Positions 105,601 to 114,976 are shown, numbered from the stretch's first letter. The stretch is DNA of 124,000 nucleotides from Hyalangium minutum (GCF_000737315.1 NZ_JMCB01000004.1:144001-268000), one strand, 5' to 3'. Notes: generated by a model not told the origin, from the sequence alone. Translations and numbers: made by a program.

Positions 105601-108600
105601 ATCGCCGCGCACTCCCCGCGCCGGGGAGGGGAGAGGCCGCCACCGGGCCTCGCACGCCCATGGAGGAGCTCGTCGCCCAGGCCTTCGAGCAGGTCCTGTG
105701 GCGGAGCCCCGTGGGCCTCCACGAGGACTTCTTCCAGATCGGAGGCAACCCCCGCCTGGCGTTGCAGGCCGTCGAGCGCATCAGCGCCGCTGTGAACGCG
105801 GAGGTCCGGCTGTCGGATCTCCTCAAGAACCCTGCCGTTGCTTCCCTGAGCCGCGTGATCAGCGAGCGCCAGGGTCGCAGGGCGCCGTCTCCCGCCGGGC
105901 TCGAGCTTGCTCCGGAGAGTGCTCGCGCGGCCTTGTCGTTCGCGCAAGAGCGGCTCTGGTTCCTGGAGCAGCTCTACCCGGGCACCGCGGTGCACCATCT
106001 CTCCATGGCGCTCCGGCTGAAGGGCGCGCTGGATACGGGCGCGCTCATCGAGAGCCTGGCCGGGATCATCCAGCGGCATCCGGTGCTGGGCATGCGCTTC
106101 ATCGAGCGGGACGGCCGTGTCTGGCAGGAGCCTCGGGCGCAGGGCGAAGTGCCCTTCGAGCTGGCCGTGCCCGGCCCTGTCTCGGCCACGGAGCTTCGCC
106201 GGCTGCTCGTGGAGGAGGCGGCGCGTCCCTTTGATCTGGCCAACGGTCCGCTCTTCCGTGCACGGCTCTTCCGGATCGAAGACAGCGAGCACGTCCTGGT
106301 CACGACGATGCATCACGCCGTGGGCGACCCCGCGTCGCTCCGCGTCCTCTTGCGGGAGCTCTCTCAGTTCTACACCGCGCACGCCTTGGGCCGGCCCGCC
106401 CAGCTCCCCGCGCTGGCCTCGGACTTCCTGAGCCACGCGCGCGAGCAGCGGCGCTCACTCCAGGGTGAGGCGCTGGAGGAGCGGCTGGGGTACTGGAAGA
106501 AGAACCTCAGCGGCGCGCCTGGGACCCTGAGCCTGCCAGCGGATCGGGTGCGGCCACCCCAGCCTGGCTTCCGGGGTGCCACGCAACGGCTCGCGCTCAG
106601 CCGCGCGGTCAGCAAGGGGCTGGAGACGCTGAGCGAGCGCCTGGAGGTGGCGGGCCTCGAGGTCCTCTTGAGCGGCTTCGCGGCCTATCTCGCGCGCATC
106701 ACAGGACAGGAGGACATCGTCATCGGCCTGCCCGTGGTCCACCGTGAGCGGGGGGAGCTCCAGCCGCTGATCGGTCGTTTCGAGGGGGCCCTGCCGATCC
106801 GCATCGATCTGTCCTCCAACCCCACCTTCGAGGAGCTCATTACCCGCGTCCACCGGGCCGCCCTCGGCGCGTACGCCCACCAGGATGTTCCGCTCGAGAA
106901 GATCGTCGAAGCCGTGGATGCCGAGCGCGATCTGAGCCAGACGCCCCTGTTCCAGGTTCTGCTCTGGCTCCAGGAGGAGGCCGAGGGCCGCGTGGCCCTC
107001 CCGGGGCTGACCCTCGAGCCGTTCAGCCTGGAGCTCGGGACCGCGAAGTTCGACCTCGCGCTCCTCTTCGAGCCTGTGGCTGGCGAGCTGACGGGCGTGA
107101 TCGAGTACAGCACGGACCTCTTCGACCCGGATCGCATCGAGCGGATGGCCGGGCACATCCTGACGGTCTTCGAAGACGCCGTGGCCTACCCTGGGAAGCG
107201 GCTCTCGGAGCTCTTGCTCCTCCCCGAGGAGGAGCGAAGGACCGTCTCCGCGCTCGCCAGGGGGCGGGTGCTGCCACCGGCCCGCGAGGTCCCTGTCCAC
107301 AAACTCGTGGAGGAGCACGCGCGGCGTGCGCCGGACTCGATCGCGCTCGAGCTGGGCGGAGCGGTGTTGACGTACGGTGAGCTGAATGAGCGGGCGAACC
107401 GCGCCGCGCATCAGCTCATCGCCCTGGGGGCGGGGCCCGAGAAGCTGGTCGCGCTGGCGGCCCCGCGCTCCTTCGAGCTCATCATCGGCCTGCTCGCGAT
107501 CTGGAAGGCGGGGGCCGCCTACGTCCCGCTCGATCTCTCGTACCCCAAGGCCCGGCTCGACACCATCTTCGAGGACTCGGGCGCCGGGCTCATCGTGAGC
107601 ACCCACGCCGCCGAGTCCCGGTGGCGCGTCCCCCACGTGCGCACGCTCTGGATCGACGAGCCCTCGAGTTCCGAGCTCAGCGGCAACCCGGACAGCGGCG
107701 TCCGCATGGAGAATGCCGCCTACGTCATCTACACGTCCGGCTCCACGGGGCAGCCGAAGGGCGTCATCCTCGAGCACCGCGGACTCGCGAATGTCATCGA
107801 GATGCAGCGGCACGAGCTGGGCGCGGACTCGAGCATCGTCATGCTCCAGTTCTCCTCGATCTCCTTCGACGTGTCGGTGTGGGAGATCGTCATGGCCCTC
107901 ACCAACGGGGGGAGGCTCGTGCTCGCCCCGGCGGACACGCTGCTCGCGGGCGAGGAGCTGGCCAAGGTGCTGATCACCCATCGGGTCACGCACATGGTGC
108001 TGCCCCCGACCTCCTATGCGGTGCTCCCCGCGGACCGTGAGTACCCCTCGCTCCGTCTCCTGCTCGCGGCGGGCGAGGCGCTCCCGCCAGAGGTCGTGAA
108101 CACGTGGGCCCGGCCCGGCGTGCAGTTCGTCAACGCGTACGGCCCGACGGAGGTGACCATCATCTGCACGCTCGGAGCGTGCAAGCAGGGGGAGTCCGGC
108201 CCGCCACCGATCGGGCGGCCTGCCTTGAACCTGGAAGGGTATGTGCTCGACAGCCACGGCGCGCTCGTCCCCATCGGCGTCCCGGGGGAGCTGCACCTCG
108301 GGGGCGTGGGGGTCGCCCGGGGCTACTTGAACCGCGAGGAGCTCACGCGGCAGAAGTTCATCCCGCATCCCTTCAAGCCCGGCGAGCGGCTGTACCGAAG
108401 CGGAGATCTGGTGCGGTGGCGCAAGGACGGCAACCTCGAGTACCTGGGACGCATCGATCACCAGGTCAAGCTCCGTGGCTACCGGATCGAGCTGGGTGAG
108501 ATCGAGTCGGTGCTCGCCACCCACCCGGGTGTCGCGAAGGCGGTGACGATCGTCTACTCCGCGGGCGCCTCGGGCGGCGTGAAGCTCCTCGTCGCCTATG

Positions 108601-111600
108601 TCGTCCCGGCCGGTCCGGTGGACGCGCACGCCATCCGCGAGCACGCCAGGAAGCGTCTCCCAGAGTTCATGGTTCCCTCCGAGATCGTCCTGCTGGAGGA
108701 TCTCCCACTCACCTCCAGCGGCAAGGTGGACAGGAAGCGCCTGCCGGCGCCGCGTCTCGAGGAGCACGCAGCGCGCGCGGCCTTCGTGGCCCCCCGCACG
108801 CCCACGGAGCAGACCCTGGCGGCGCTCTGGGAAGAGCTGCTCGAGAAGCGGCCGATTGGAACGGGGGACAACTTCTTCCAGCTCGGCGGCCACTCGCTCC
108901 TGGCAGCCCAGGTCATGAGCCGCGTGCGGAGGACGCTGGGCGTCGAGGTGCCGCTCTCCGCCATCTTCGAGCAGCCCACGCTCGCGGCGCTGGCCTCGGT
109001 GATCGCGGCCAAGGAGGCTGCACCGCAGCTCCCGCCGCTGGTGCGGCTGAAGGGGGAGGGGGATCGTCCGCTCTCGTTCGCGCAAGAGCGCCTGCGCTTC
109101 CTCGCGGAGCTCGAGGGTGACAGCGCGGCGTACAACATCCCGATCGCGCTCCGCCTGCGAGGGCAGCTCGACGAGGGCGCTCTGTCGCGAAGCCTCAGGC
109201 AGGTGGTGGAGCGCCACGAACCCCTCCGCACCCGCTTCCCGCTCGTGGAGGGCCAGCCGGTGGCCCGTCTGGTGGAGGGAGACATTCCCCTGGTCACCGA
109301 GGATCTCCGCGGCTCCGGTGCGCCGCCGCTCGACAGGCGCTTGAGGGAGGAGTCCACCCGTCCCTTTTCGCTCGAGCACGGCCCCGTCGTTCGCGCGCAC
109401 CTGTTCAAGGCCGCCGAGCAGGAGCATGTGCTCCTGGTGGTGATGCACCACATCGTGTCCGACGGCTGGTCGTTCGGCGTCATGATGCGCGAGCTCTCGG
109501 CGATCTACGCGGCGCAGGTCCGTGGAGAGACGCTGACGCTCCCGGAGCTCCCCATCCAGTACGCGGACTACGCGGCGTGGCAGCGGAGCTGGCTCGATGG
109601 TCACGTCCGTGACCAGCAGCTCGCTTATTGGCGGAGCGCCCTCGCGGGGGCCCCGGCCGTGCTGGAGCTGCCGGCGGATAGACCTCGCCCCACCGTCCGG
109701 AGCCATCGTGGCGCGGTCGAGCTCCTGGCGCTGGACCGTGACGTGACGCAAGTGCTCACCGCCCTCTGCCGTCAGGAGGGTGTGACGTCCTACATGGCGC
109801 TCCTCGCGGCTTTCGGCGCCTGGCTCGGCCGTGTGAGCGGGCAGGAGGATGTGGTCATCGGCTCGCCCTTCGCGGGCCGCCGGATTGCCGAGACAGAGCC
109901 GCTGATCGGCTTCTTCGTGAACACGCTACCGCTGCGCGTCGATCTCAGTGGTGACCCGTCCTTCCTCGAGCTCCTCCAGCGCGTGAGGCGCCAGGTGCTC
110001 GCGGCCCACGAGAACCAGGACGTCCCCTTCGAGAAGCTCGTCGAGAAGCTCAACCCGGAGCGCGTCCTGGGGACCAGCCCGATCTTCCAGGTCATGCTCG
110101 CGTTCCAGCAGGCGCAGCCGGATGGGATGGAGCTGCCGGGCCTCGAGGTCAAGCCGGTGTCCATGCTGACCGGGACCGCCAAGTTCGATCTCACCCTCTC
110201 GGTGGAAGAGACGGCGCGGGGCGTCCAGGGCTGGCTCGAGTACGACGTCGACCTGTTCGACGCCTGGCGCGTCCAGGCGATGGTGCGCCAGTTGACCGGC
110301 TTCATCGCGAGCCTCGCCGCCGCTCCGAAGGCGAGGCTCTCGGAGGCGGATCTGCTGAGCGCCGAGGAGCGCGCGAAGCTCGTCCCCAGCGCTCCCGAGG
110401 AGATGCCCCGTCTCCCGGCGGTCCATGAGGCCATCGCGGCACAGGCTCGGAAGACCCCCGCGGCCATCGCCGTCGAGGCTGAGGATGGCACGCTCAGCTA
110501 CGAGGAGCTGGAGGCTCGTGCGGGCGCCGTCGCCCATGAGCTCGTCCGGCGAGGCGTCACTCCGGGGGCGCTGGTGGCCATCGCGGTGGAGCGCTCCCTG
110601 GGGATGATGGTGGGGCTGCTGGGCATCCTGAAGGCCGGGGGCGCCTACGTCCCGCTTGACCCCGCGTATCCGCGCGAGCGGCTGGCCTTCATGCTCGAGG
110701 ACAGCGGCGCCCGGGTGGTCATCACCCAGGAGCACCTCGCGCCGATGTTCCCGGATGCCGAGGTGCTGGTCCTCGATGCGGCCCGGCAGGGTTCGTTCGA
110801 GCCGCGGAGCGGAGCGCTCGCCTACTGCCTGTTCACCTCGGGATCGACCGGTCAGCCGAAGGGCGTCCTGATCGAGCACTCGAGCCTCGCCAACCACATG
110901 GAGTGGATGAACGAGGCCCTGCCGCTGGGTCCAGAGGACCGCGTGCTCCAGCGGACGTCGCTCAGCTTCGATGCGTCGGTCTGGGAGCTGTTCGCGCCGC
111001 TGATGGTCGGGGCCCGCCTCGTGCTCGCGCCCCACGGCCTGGGCGCGGACACCGAGCACCTGGTCCGTGTGCTGCGTGAGCGCGGGATCACCGTGCTTCA
111101 GCTCGTGCCCTCACTGTTGACGGCGCTGGTGGAGGAGCCAGGGCTTGCAGGCGTCTCCACGCTCCGGCGCGTGTGCGTGGGAGGAGAGCCCCTGCCTTCG
111201 GCCACCGTGAAGAAGCTCTTCAGCGTCTGCAACGTGGAGATCTGGAACCTCTACGGGCCCACGGAGGCGACCATCGATGCGCTCGCGCACCGGTGCCGGC
111301 CAGAGGAGGTGGGGGCACACGGCGCGACCGAGCCCATCGGTCTGCCGATCCGTCGAATGAAGGCGCTGATCCTGGACGGCAGGCTTCGTCCTGTCCCGGA
111401 TGGGCTGCCCGGCGAGCTCTACCTCTCCGGGCCTGGGCTGGCGCGCGGCTACCTGAACCGGCCCGAGCTGACCGAGTCGCGCTTCATCGAGCACGCCTTC
111501 CCTGGAGGCCCGCGGCTGCGGATGTACAAGACGGGCGACATCGTCCGGCGTCAGGCGGATGGGACGCTCCTCTTCACCGGCCGTGCGGACCGGCAGGTGA

Positions 111601-113048
111601 AGCTGCGCGGCTATCGGATCGAGCTCGGTGAGATCGAAGGCGCGCTCGGCCGCCATCCGGCGGTGCGGGAAGCGGTCGCGCTGGTGAGAGGCACGAGCGG
111701 GGACGCTCGCCTGGTGGCGTTCGTGGTCCCCAGGGCTGGCGCGAAGCAGCCCGAGGCTTCCGAGCTCCGGGGCTTCGTGGAGCGGCAGCTCGCGGCGCAC
111801 ATGGTGCCAGGACAGTTCGTCCTCTTGGAGGAGCTCCCCCATGCTCCCAACGGCAAGGTGGACGTTCGCGCGCTGGGGGCGATGGAGCTGGCCGAGGAGC
111901 GCGGCACCTCACGGGGTGGCATCCCGCGCGACGCCATGGAGCTGGAGCTCGTCCGGTTGTTCGAGGAGATCCTCGGTGTCCGCTCGGTGGGGATCCACGA
112001 CAGCTTCTTCGAGCTCGGTGGCCACTCCCTGCTCGCGCTCAAGCTGAAGCTCGCGGTCGAGAAGCGGCTCCAGCGCCCGCTCCCCTTGGTGTCCCTGTTC
112101 CGGAATCCGGCGCCCGCGCAGCTCGCGGAGCTCCTTCGGAGCGGCACCTCAGCAGCGTCCCCACTGGTTCCGCTCACGCCGTCCGCCCGCGCGCTTCTGG
112201 CCTCCGAACCCGCGGGCAGCGGGGCTCGCCGTGCGCCCGCGCTCTTCCTGGTTCCGGGCGGTGGCTCCACGCCGTTCTACCTTGTCTCCCTGGCACGGCA
112301 TCTGGAGGGAACCGCTGTATTCGGCCTTCAGCCGCGCGGGCTCGACGGGGAGGCCCCGCCTTTCGAGAAGCTCGAGGACATGGCCGCCTGGTACGCGGAT
112401 GCGATCCTCTCCGTGCAGCCCGAGGGGCCCTACTTCGTGGGGGGCCACTCGATGGGTGGGCAGATCGCCTATGAGATCGCGCAAGAGCTCAAGGCGCGCG
112501 GCCACGAGATCGGCGTCGTGGCGCTCCTGGACACCCTGGCGCCGTTCCCGGAGGCGACGCGGCCGCTCGGCGAGGGCTGGGACACCGCGCAATGGTTGGT
112601 CCACCTCGCCGGGGTGATGGAGAGCTTCTTCAACGTCAAGCTTGGCCTGGAGCTGAGCGAGGTGCGCGCGATGAGCGACGCCGAGCGCCTGGAGTCCTTC
112701 GTGGTGCGCCTCCAGTCCGCCGCGGTCCTGCCGGCTGGCGCGCAGCCGAGCCATGTGATGGGGATCCTCAACGTCACGCGGGCCCTGGACGCGATGAACT
112801 CCCAGCCACGCCGCAGGCAGCCTGTCCCCCTCGCGGTGTTCCGCGCCGAGGACAGGGATGGGCCCACCCCACCGGAGCTCGAGGCGCTCTTCGCGGACGA
112901 CACGCTCGGCTGGAACCGCTTCATGCCGGGCTCCAGCACGGCCTACCGGGTTCCGGGCTCGCACCTGACGCTGATCCGAGAGCCCCACGTTGGGGGCCTC
113001 GCCCGGGACCTGTTGGGGCGCCTGACGGGCCTCACCTCCAAGCCATGA
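99648..113048 (+). CDS. mchC: NRPS C-A(Leu)-PCP-C-A*-PCP*-C*-A-PCP-C-A(Gln)-PCP-TE with inactive module 4
   Basis: A3 DAWFLGNVVK (Leu), A5 DVWVLAAIIK, A6 DAWQCGLIDK (Gln-like); PCP4 GGNP lacks Ser; TE GHSMGG. Confidence 0.85.
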   Translation: MTEAELIEDIYELAPMQHGLLFHSLLEPSAGMYVEQLSCELRGRLSLDQWKAAWQHVLARHAILRSSFLWEGLEKPVQVVAKEAELPWHLEDLRGATREEQERRIESFLNEDRLRGFELASPPLLRCALLRLGEEHYRFVWTYHHLLLDGWCFAIVLREVLESFAGGLESLPPPARPYRDYITWLQEQDPTRAESFWRELLRGFEQPTPLPFMERRQASKSAHGAQPEVVKHLPRELTARLATFAKEHRLTLNTLVQGAWGLLLGRTTGTDDVIFGVTVSGRPSELAGSESIVGLFINTVPLRARLDGSATIPAFLSALQAQQSSFEPHVYVSLADIQLWSDAPHDRPLFESLLVFENYPIDRSTLLERSGLEISSIHAQERINYPLAVVAIPGESLELRVMYQEDTFSRAAAERLARLLETALGALLTAKTVGEIDFLDEPARRVLAEWGQNPRVFDHRAPVHELVALVARSTPGALAVVGADGQKLTYLELNERAERVARRLRLLGAGRERIVGVCIGSSVERVVGLLGVLKAGAAYMPLDPNYPSERLAYLVGDASPTAILNAGADPVPDTRIPRLDVARVSLEAAASDAPARDASHLEDLAYVIYTSGSTGAPKGVLASHQNLLNLVSWHTEAFGLTAKDRTTHLASIAFDAAVWEIWPTLAAGATLHLVPPELPAAPDELSRWLVERQITISFLPTAVAEAALALPWPADCSLRFMLTGGDRLHLVPPPGLPFRLVNNYGPTETTVVATSGIVEAESRNGLPSIGRPIANARIYILDRMRRPVLPGVIGELYIGGAGVTRGYLNRPELSASRFFPDPFSDAPAARMYASGDLAQFRADGTLAFHGRVDRQVQVRGVRVEPGEIEAVLAEYPGVSAAAVVGVDSQGNGDIRLVGFAACASQNPPGADALASYLGEKLPEVMVPRQIIILSELPLTPNGKVDSAALEARAREEQVHTEHIAPRTPHEEILAGIWSAVLGQDRIGVEEDFFALGGHSLKATQVIARAREAFGIDLPVRAIFERRTIALLAEAVAGHGASSEPIPRLEQSGDGPLSPGQESLWFIDALGGNTEAYNVPLVIRLTGTLDTAAVARALALLVERHEVLRTTFHERAGVPVQRIGPSPASVLSSEDVTPELLERRISEEITTPFSLTTGPLFRARLFRQAPDTHTLVINQHHIIVDAWSVSVLLREFCIAYAAFASGERPELPELPNRYTDWVAWQNQRLVAGRLEEGLAYWRQTLKGAPQVLTLPGDRPRPTRQSFRGKTLSFALEGSIGRRLEALSRGSGASLFMTLLSAFAAYLGRLSGQDEIVIGSPTANRDRRETEGMVGYFLNTIALRIDLSEDPPFTELLQRVRKAALDGYSYQDIPFEKVVAALELPRALSHNPLFQVMFSLQGQSGGEIQLPGVRATLPTTESPTSKFDLTLFVEPREDSFACLLEYNTDIFDEDRIRRMATHLVRVLEAVAEEPELRVSEVPLLAPEERQLIAQLAQPGRLDDSRTLLELFERQVEKTPEAAALEHRGDVRTYRQLSQEAEALAVRLAALGAGPDVRVAICLERSITALVSVLAVLKAGATYVPLEPSEPPERLQAILGDAKARVLIAEKKYRDLNLPPGVEFLWMDGGGAPAVKAPRPRTASHHLACVLYASGSGGEPKGVAMPHRALLNLTAWHTAQPRPLRTLQYGLLNTGASLQEIFSTWCSGGTLVLAGDANRLAPRALVQLLEEARIQRLFLPAGALHPLAREAVNTHRPLPDLEEIIAAGEQLRITDPIRQWFVASKKRLRCQYSVAEAYVVAAHELTGSPESWPGLPPIGRPIPNTAIYLLDTDQRSVPVGVPGEIYVSGACLADGYLLRPELTAERFLELSVDPPVRAFQTGDLGRLRRDGTVEFLGRADGQILVRGIRVEPGEVERALCAHPSILDAVAVAAGDPTRAQRLVAYVTPETVRIDELPAFLSERVPEYMVPSQFVALPELPRTPGGKLDRRALPAPGRGEAATGPRTPMEELVAQAFEQVLWRSPVGLHEDFFQIGGNPRLALQAVERISAAVNAEVRLSDLLKNPAVASLSRVISERQGRRAPSPAGLELAPESARAALSFAQERLWFLEQLYPGTAVHHLSMALRLKGALDTGALIESLAGIIQRHPVLGMRFIERDGRVWQEPRAQGEVPFELAVPGPVSATELRRLLVEEAARPFDLANGPLFRARLFRIEDSEHVLVTTMHHAVGDPASLRVLLRELSQFYTAHALGRPAQLPALASDFLSHAREQRRSLQGEALEERLGYWKKNLSGAPGTLSLPADRVRPPQPGFRGATQRLALSRAVSKGLETLSERLEVAGLEVLLSGFAAYLARITGQEDIVIGLPVVHRERGELQPLIGRFEGALPIRIDLSSNPTFEELITRVHRAALGAYAHQDVPLEKIVEAVDAERDLSQTPLFQVLLWLQEEAEGRVALPGLTLEPFSLELGTAKFDLALLFEPVAGELTGVIEYSTDLFDPDRIERMAGHILTVFEDAVAYPGKRLSELLLLPEEERRTVSALARGRVLPPAREVPVHKLVEEHARRAPDSIALELGGAVLTYGELNERANRAAHQLIALGAGPEKLVALAAPRSFELIIGLLAIWKAGAAYVPLDLSYPKARLDTIFEDSGAGLIVSTHAAESRWRVPHVRTLWIDEPSSSELSGNPDSGVRMENAAYVIYTSGSTGQPKGVILEHRGLANVIEMQRHELGADSSIVMLQFSSISFDVSVWEIVMALTNGGRLVLAPADTLLAGEELAKVLITHRVTHMVLPPTSYAVLPADREYPSLRLLLAAGEALPPEVVNTWARPGVQFVNAYGPTEVTIICTLGACKQGESGPPPIGRPALNLEGYVLDSHGALVPIGVPGELHLGGVGVARGYLNREELTRQKFIPHPFKPGERLYRSGDLVRWRKDGNLEYLGRIDHQVKLRGYRIELGEIESVLATHPGVAKAVTIVYSAGASGGVKLLVAYVVPAGPVDAHAIREHARKRLPEFMVPSEIVLLEDLPLTSSGKVDRKRLPAPRLEEHAARAAFVAPRTPTEQTLAALWEELLEKRPIGTGDNFFQLGGHSLLAAQVMSRVRRTLGVEVPLSAIFEQPTLAALASVIAAKEAAPQLPPLVRLKGEGDRPLSFAQERLRFLAELEGDSAAYNIPIALRLRGQLDEGALSRSLRQVVERHEPLRTRFPLVEGQPVARLVEGDIPLVTEDLRGSGAPPLDRRLREESTRPFSLEHGPVVRAHLFKAAEQEHVLLVVMHHIVSDGWSFGVMMRELSAIYAAQVRGETLTLPELPIQYADYAAWQRSWLDGHVRDQQLAYWRSALAGAPAVLELPADRPRPTVRSHRGAVELLALDRDVTQVLTALCRQEGVTSYMALLAAFGAWLGRVSGQEDVVIGSPFAGRRIAETEPLIGFFVNTLPLRVDLSGDPSFLELLQRVRRQVLAAHENQDVPFEKLVEKLNPERVLGTSPIFQVMLAFQQAQPDGMELPGLEVKPVSMLTGTAKFDLTLSVEETARGVQGWLEYDVDLFDAWRVQAMVRQLTGFIASLAAAPKARLSEADLLSAEERAKLVPSAPEEMPRLPAVHEAIAAQARKTPAAIAVEAEDGTLSYEELEARAGAVAHELVRRGVTPGALVAIAVERSLGMMVGLLGILKAGGAYVPLDPAYPRERLAFMLEDSGARVVITQEHLAPMFPDAEVLVLDAARQGSFEPRSGALAYCLFTSGSTGQPKGVLIEHSSLANHMEWMNEALPLGPEDRVLQRTSLSFDASVWELFAPLMVGARLVLAPHGLGADTEHLVRVLRERGITVLQLVPSLLTALVEEPGLAGVSTLRRVCVGGEPLPSATVKKLFSVCNVEIWNLYGPTEATIDALAHRCRPEEVGAHGATEPIGLPIRRMKALILDGRLRPVPDGLPGELYLSGPGLARGYLNRPELTESRFIEHAFPGGPRLRMYKTGDIVRRQADGTLLFTGRADRQVKLRGYRIELGEIEGALGRHPAVREAVALVRGTSGDARLVAFVVPRAGAKQPEASELRGFVERQLAAHMVPGQFVLLEELPHAPNGKVDVRALGAMELAEERGTSRGGIPRDAMELELVRLFEEILGVRSVGIHDSFFELGGHSLLALKLKLAVEKRLQRPLPLVSLFRNPAPAQLAELLRSGTSAASPLVPLTPSARALLASEPAGSGARRAPALFLVPGGGSTPFYLVSLARHLEGTAVFGLQPRGLDGEAPPFEKLEDMAAWYADAILSVQPEGPYFVGGHSMGGQIAYEIAQELKARGHEIGVVALLDTLAPFPEATRPLGEGWDTAQWLVHLAGVMESFFNVKLGLELSEVRAMSDAERLESFVVRLQSAAVLPAGAQPSHVMGILNVTRALDAMNSQPRRRQPVPLAVFRAEDRDGPTPPELEALFADDTLGWNRFMPGSSTAYRVPGSHLTLIREPHVGGLARDLLGRLTGLTSKP

Positions 113049-113518
113049 GCTTCCAGATCCTGCTCAGACTCCTGCACCTCTTCGCCGTGGTGGTGTTCCT
113101 GGGCGACATTGCAGTGACCGCCGTCTGGAGATTGCTCGCGGACCAGACCCGGGAGCCACGGGTGATTGTCTATGCCCTGCGCCTGGTGCTGATCACCGAC
113201 AGGTATCTGCTGATGCCGAGCGCCCTGGTGCTCGCCGCCACCGGTTTCCTGATCGCCCACCTTCGGGACATCCCGATCTGGTCGATTCCCTCCTATGCCG
113301 TGGCGCAGATCCTCTTCATGTTGTCCGGCGTGCTCTGGAACCTGGTGCTTCGTCCCATTCAGGGCAGGCAGCTGGCCATCGCCGAGTCCCTGGGGGCCTC
113401 GGGTGAGCGCTTCGATGAATATCTGCTGCTCACGAAGAGGTGGCTCCGCTGGGGCATCCTGACGATGCTGTGCGCTTTCGGGTCCATGGCCCTGATGGTT
113501 CTTGCCAGAGGCGCATAG
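113045..113518 (+). CDS. mchD: Small integral membrane protein (DUF2269-like), myxochromide cluster
   Basis: Four hydrophobic segments; ATG overlaps the NRPS stop. Confidence 0.7.
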   Translation: MSFQILLRLLHLFAVVVFLGDIAVTAVWRLLADQTREPRVIVYALRLVLITDRYLLMPSALVLAATGFLIAHLRDIPIWSIPSYAVAQILFMLSGVLWNLVLRPIQGRQLAIAESLGASGERFDEYLLLTKRWLRWGILTMLCAFGSMALMVLARGA

Positions 113519-113644
113519 GACTCCAGCGGCGACACGCGCCAGCCGCCCCAGGCAGACCTCCCAGAAGGTCTCTCCCCTCAGGAGATTGCCTGGGCTTCAG
113601 GTCTCTGGCGCCAGGGCAAGATGTTGACGAGACCTGCAGAGTAG

Positions 113645-114976
113645 GTGTTTTCTGTACGTATGCCCGACACATCCAATTCCTCGTCAAGGGCGGGCAGCGA
113701 CGTCCACCCCATTGACTTCACGGAGCGAAGCACCCTGATCGACGCGCTCCGCGGATTCGCGCTGTGCGGCGTCCTTCTCTCCAACAGCATTGTCTGGTTT
113801 AGCGGCCGCGCCCTCATCCCTGCCGCACAAGCTGAGGCGCTGGCGAGGCCTCCGCTCGAGAAGGTGGTCAGCAACATCTTCCAGCTCTTCGTGAACCAGA
113901 AGTTTCTTACGATCTTCGCGTTTCTCTTCGGGCTGAGCTTCTCCCTCCAGCTTTCGCGCGCGGAGGCACGTGGGGTCGCCATCCTTCCGCTCTACACGCG
114001 GCGGTTGCTGGTGTTGTTGGGCTTTGGCGTGGTGCACTTCTTCGCGCTGTGGACGGGGGACATCCTCCATACCTACGCGCTGGTGGGCTTCCTGCTCTTG
114101 TTGTTCTACAGGAGCTCGAACCGGACGCTGCTCACGTGGTGCGTCGTGTTGCTCGGGGTGGCCCCGCTGCTGATGGCGGCGGGCCTGCGATGGGGGCCGG
114201 TGCTTCTGCATGGCGCGGAGGCGGCCAATGCCCTGAAGGAGATGACCCAGGCTCAAGAAGGGGAGCAGCGGGCGGCATTGCTGGCGGCGCTGGCCAGCGA
114301 CTCCTTCTGGATGTCGCAGCTGGGCAATGCGCGCTTCGGCTTGGAGCTCCTCACGCGTCCTACCCAACTGCTCGTGCTCATACTCACCCTCGGCCGCTTC
114401 CTCCTGGGACTGCTGGCCGGGAGGCTGGGGGTGCTGCAGGACGTCGAGCGCCATCGCCCCTGGCTCCGCCGGATAGGGTGGGGCGGTCTGGTGCTGGGGC
114501 TCCTGATTACCTTCCCTGGGCTGGTGGTGCTTCGCCTGCGCAATGCCGGGGTGTGGACCCCGCCGGACAATCTCGGGATGTTCCTCCTGAACGGCTTCCA
114601 GGATCTGGGCGCCTCGATCCTAGGCGTGGCGTTCGTGTCCTTCTTCGCGCTGATCTTCCAGCGGGAGTGGTGGCGGCGAGTGCTGAGCCTCTTGGCACCC
114701 GTGGGCCGCATGGCGCTCACCAACTACTTGGTGCAGACGGTGGTCAGCCTCTGCATCTATGACGGCTGGGGCTTGGGGCTCATCGGCAGCACGGCAGTGT
114801 CTCGCAGCGCCGTTTTTGCGCTCGGCATCTTCGCCGTGCAGGTGGGAATGAGCCACTGGTGGTTGAAGCACTTCCGCTTTGGTCCGGCCGAATGGCTGTG
114901 GCGCTCGCTCACGTATGGGAGAGCTCAGCCCTTGCGTCATGGCGCCCGAGCGAACTCGGTGGTCAGTACAGACTGA
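113645..114976 (+). CDS. DUF418 (YeiB-like) membrane protein
   Basis: IDALRGFAL.G, F.FLFG.S, GDIL..YA, GRMALTNY, F..GPAEW.WR..TY. Confidence 0.85.
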   Translation: MFSVRMPDTSNSSSRAGSDVHPIDFTERSTLIDALRGFALCGVLLSNSIVWFSGRALIPAAQAEALARPPLEKVVSNIFQLFVNQKFLTIFAFLFGLSFSLQLSRAEARGVAILPLYTRRLLVLLGFGVVHFFALWTGDILHTYALVGFLLLLFYRSSNRTLLTWCVVLLGVAPLLMAAGLRWGPVLLHGAEAANALKEMTQAQEGEQRAALLAALASDSFWMSQLGNARFGLELLTRPTQLLVLILTLGRFLLGLLAGRLGVLQDVERHRPWLRRIGWGGLVLGLLITFPGLVVLRLRNAGVWTPPDNLGMFLLNGFQDLGASILGVAFVSFFALIFQREWWRRVLSLLAPVGRMALTNYLVQTVVSLCIYDGWGLGLIGSTAVSRSAVFALGIFAVQVGMSHWWLKHFRFGPAEWLWRSLTYGRAQPLRHGARANSVVSTD

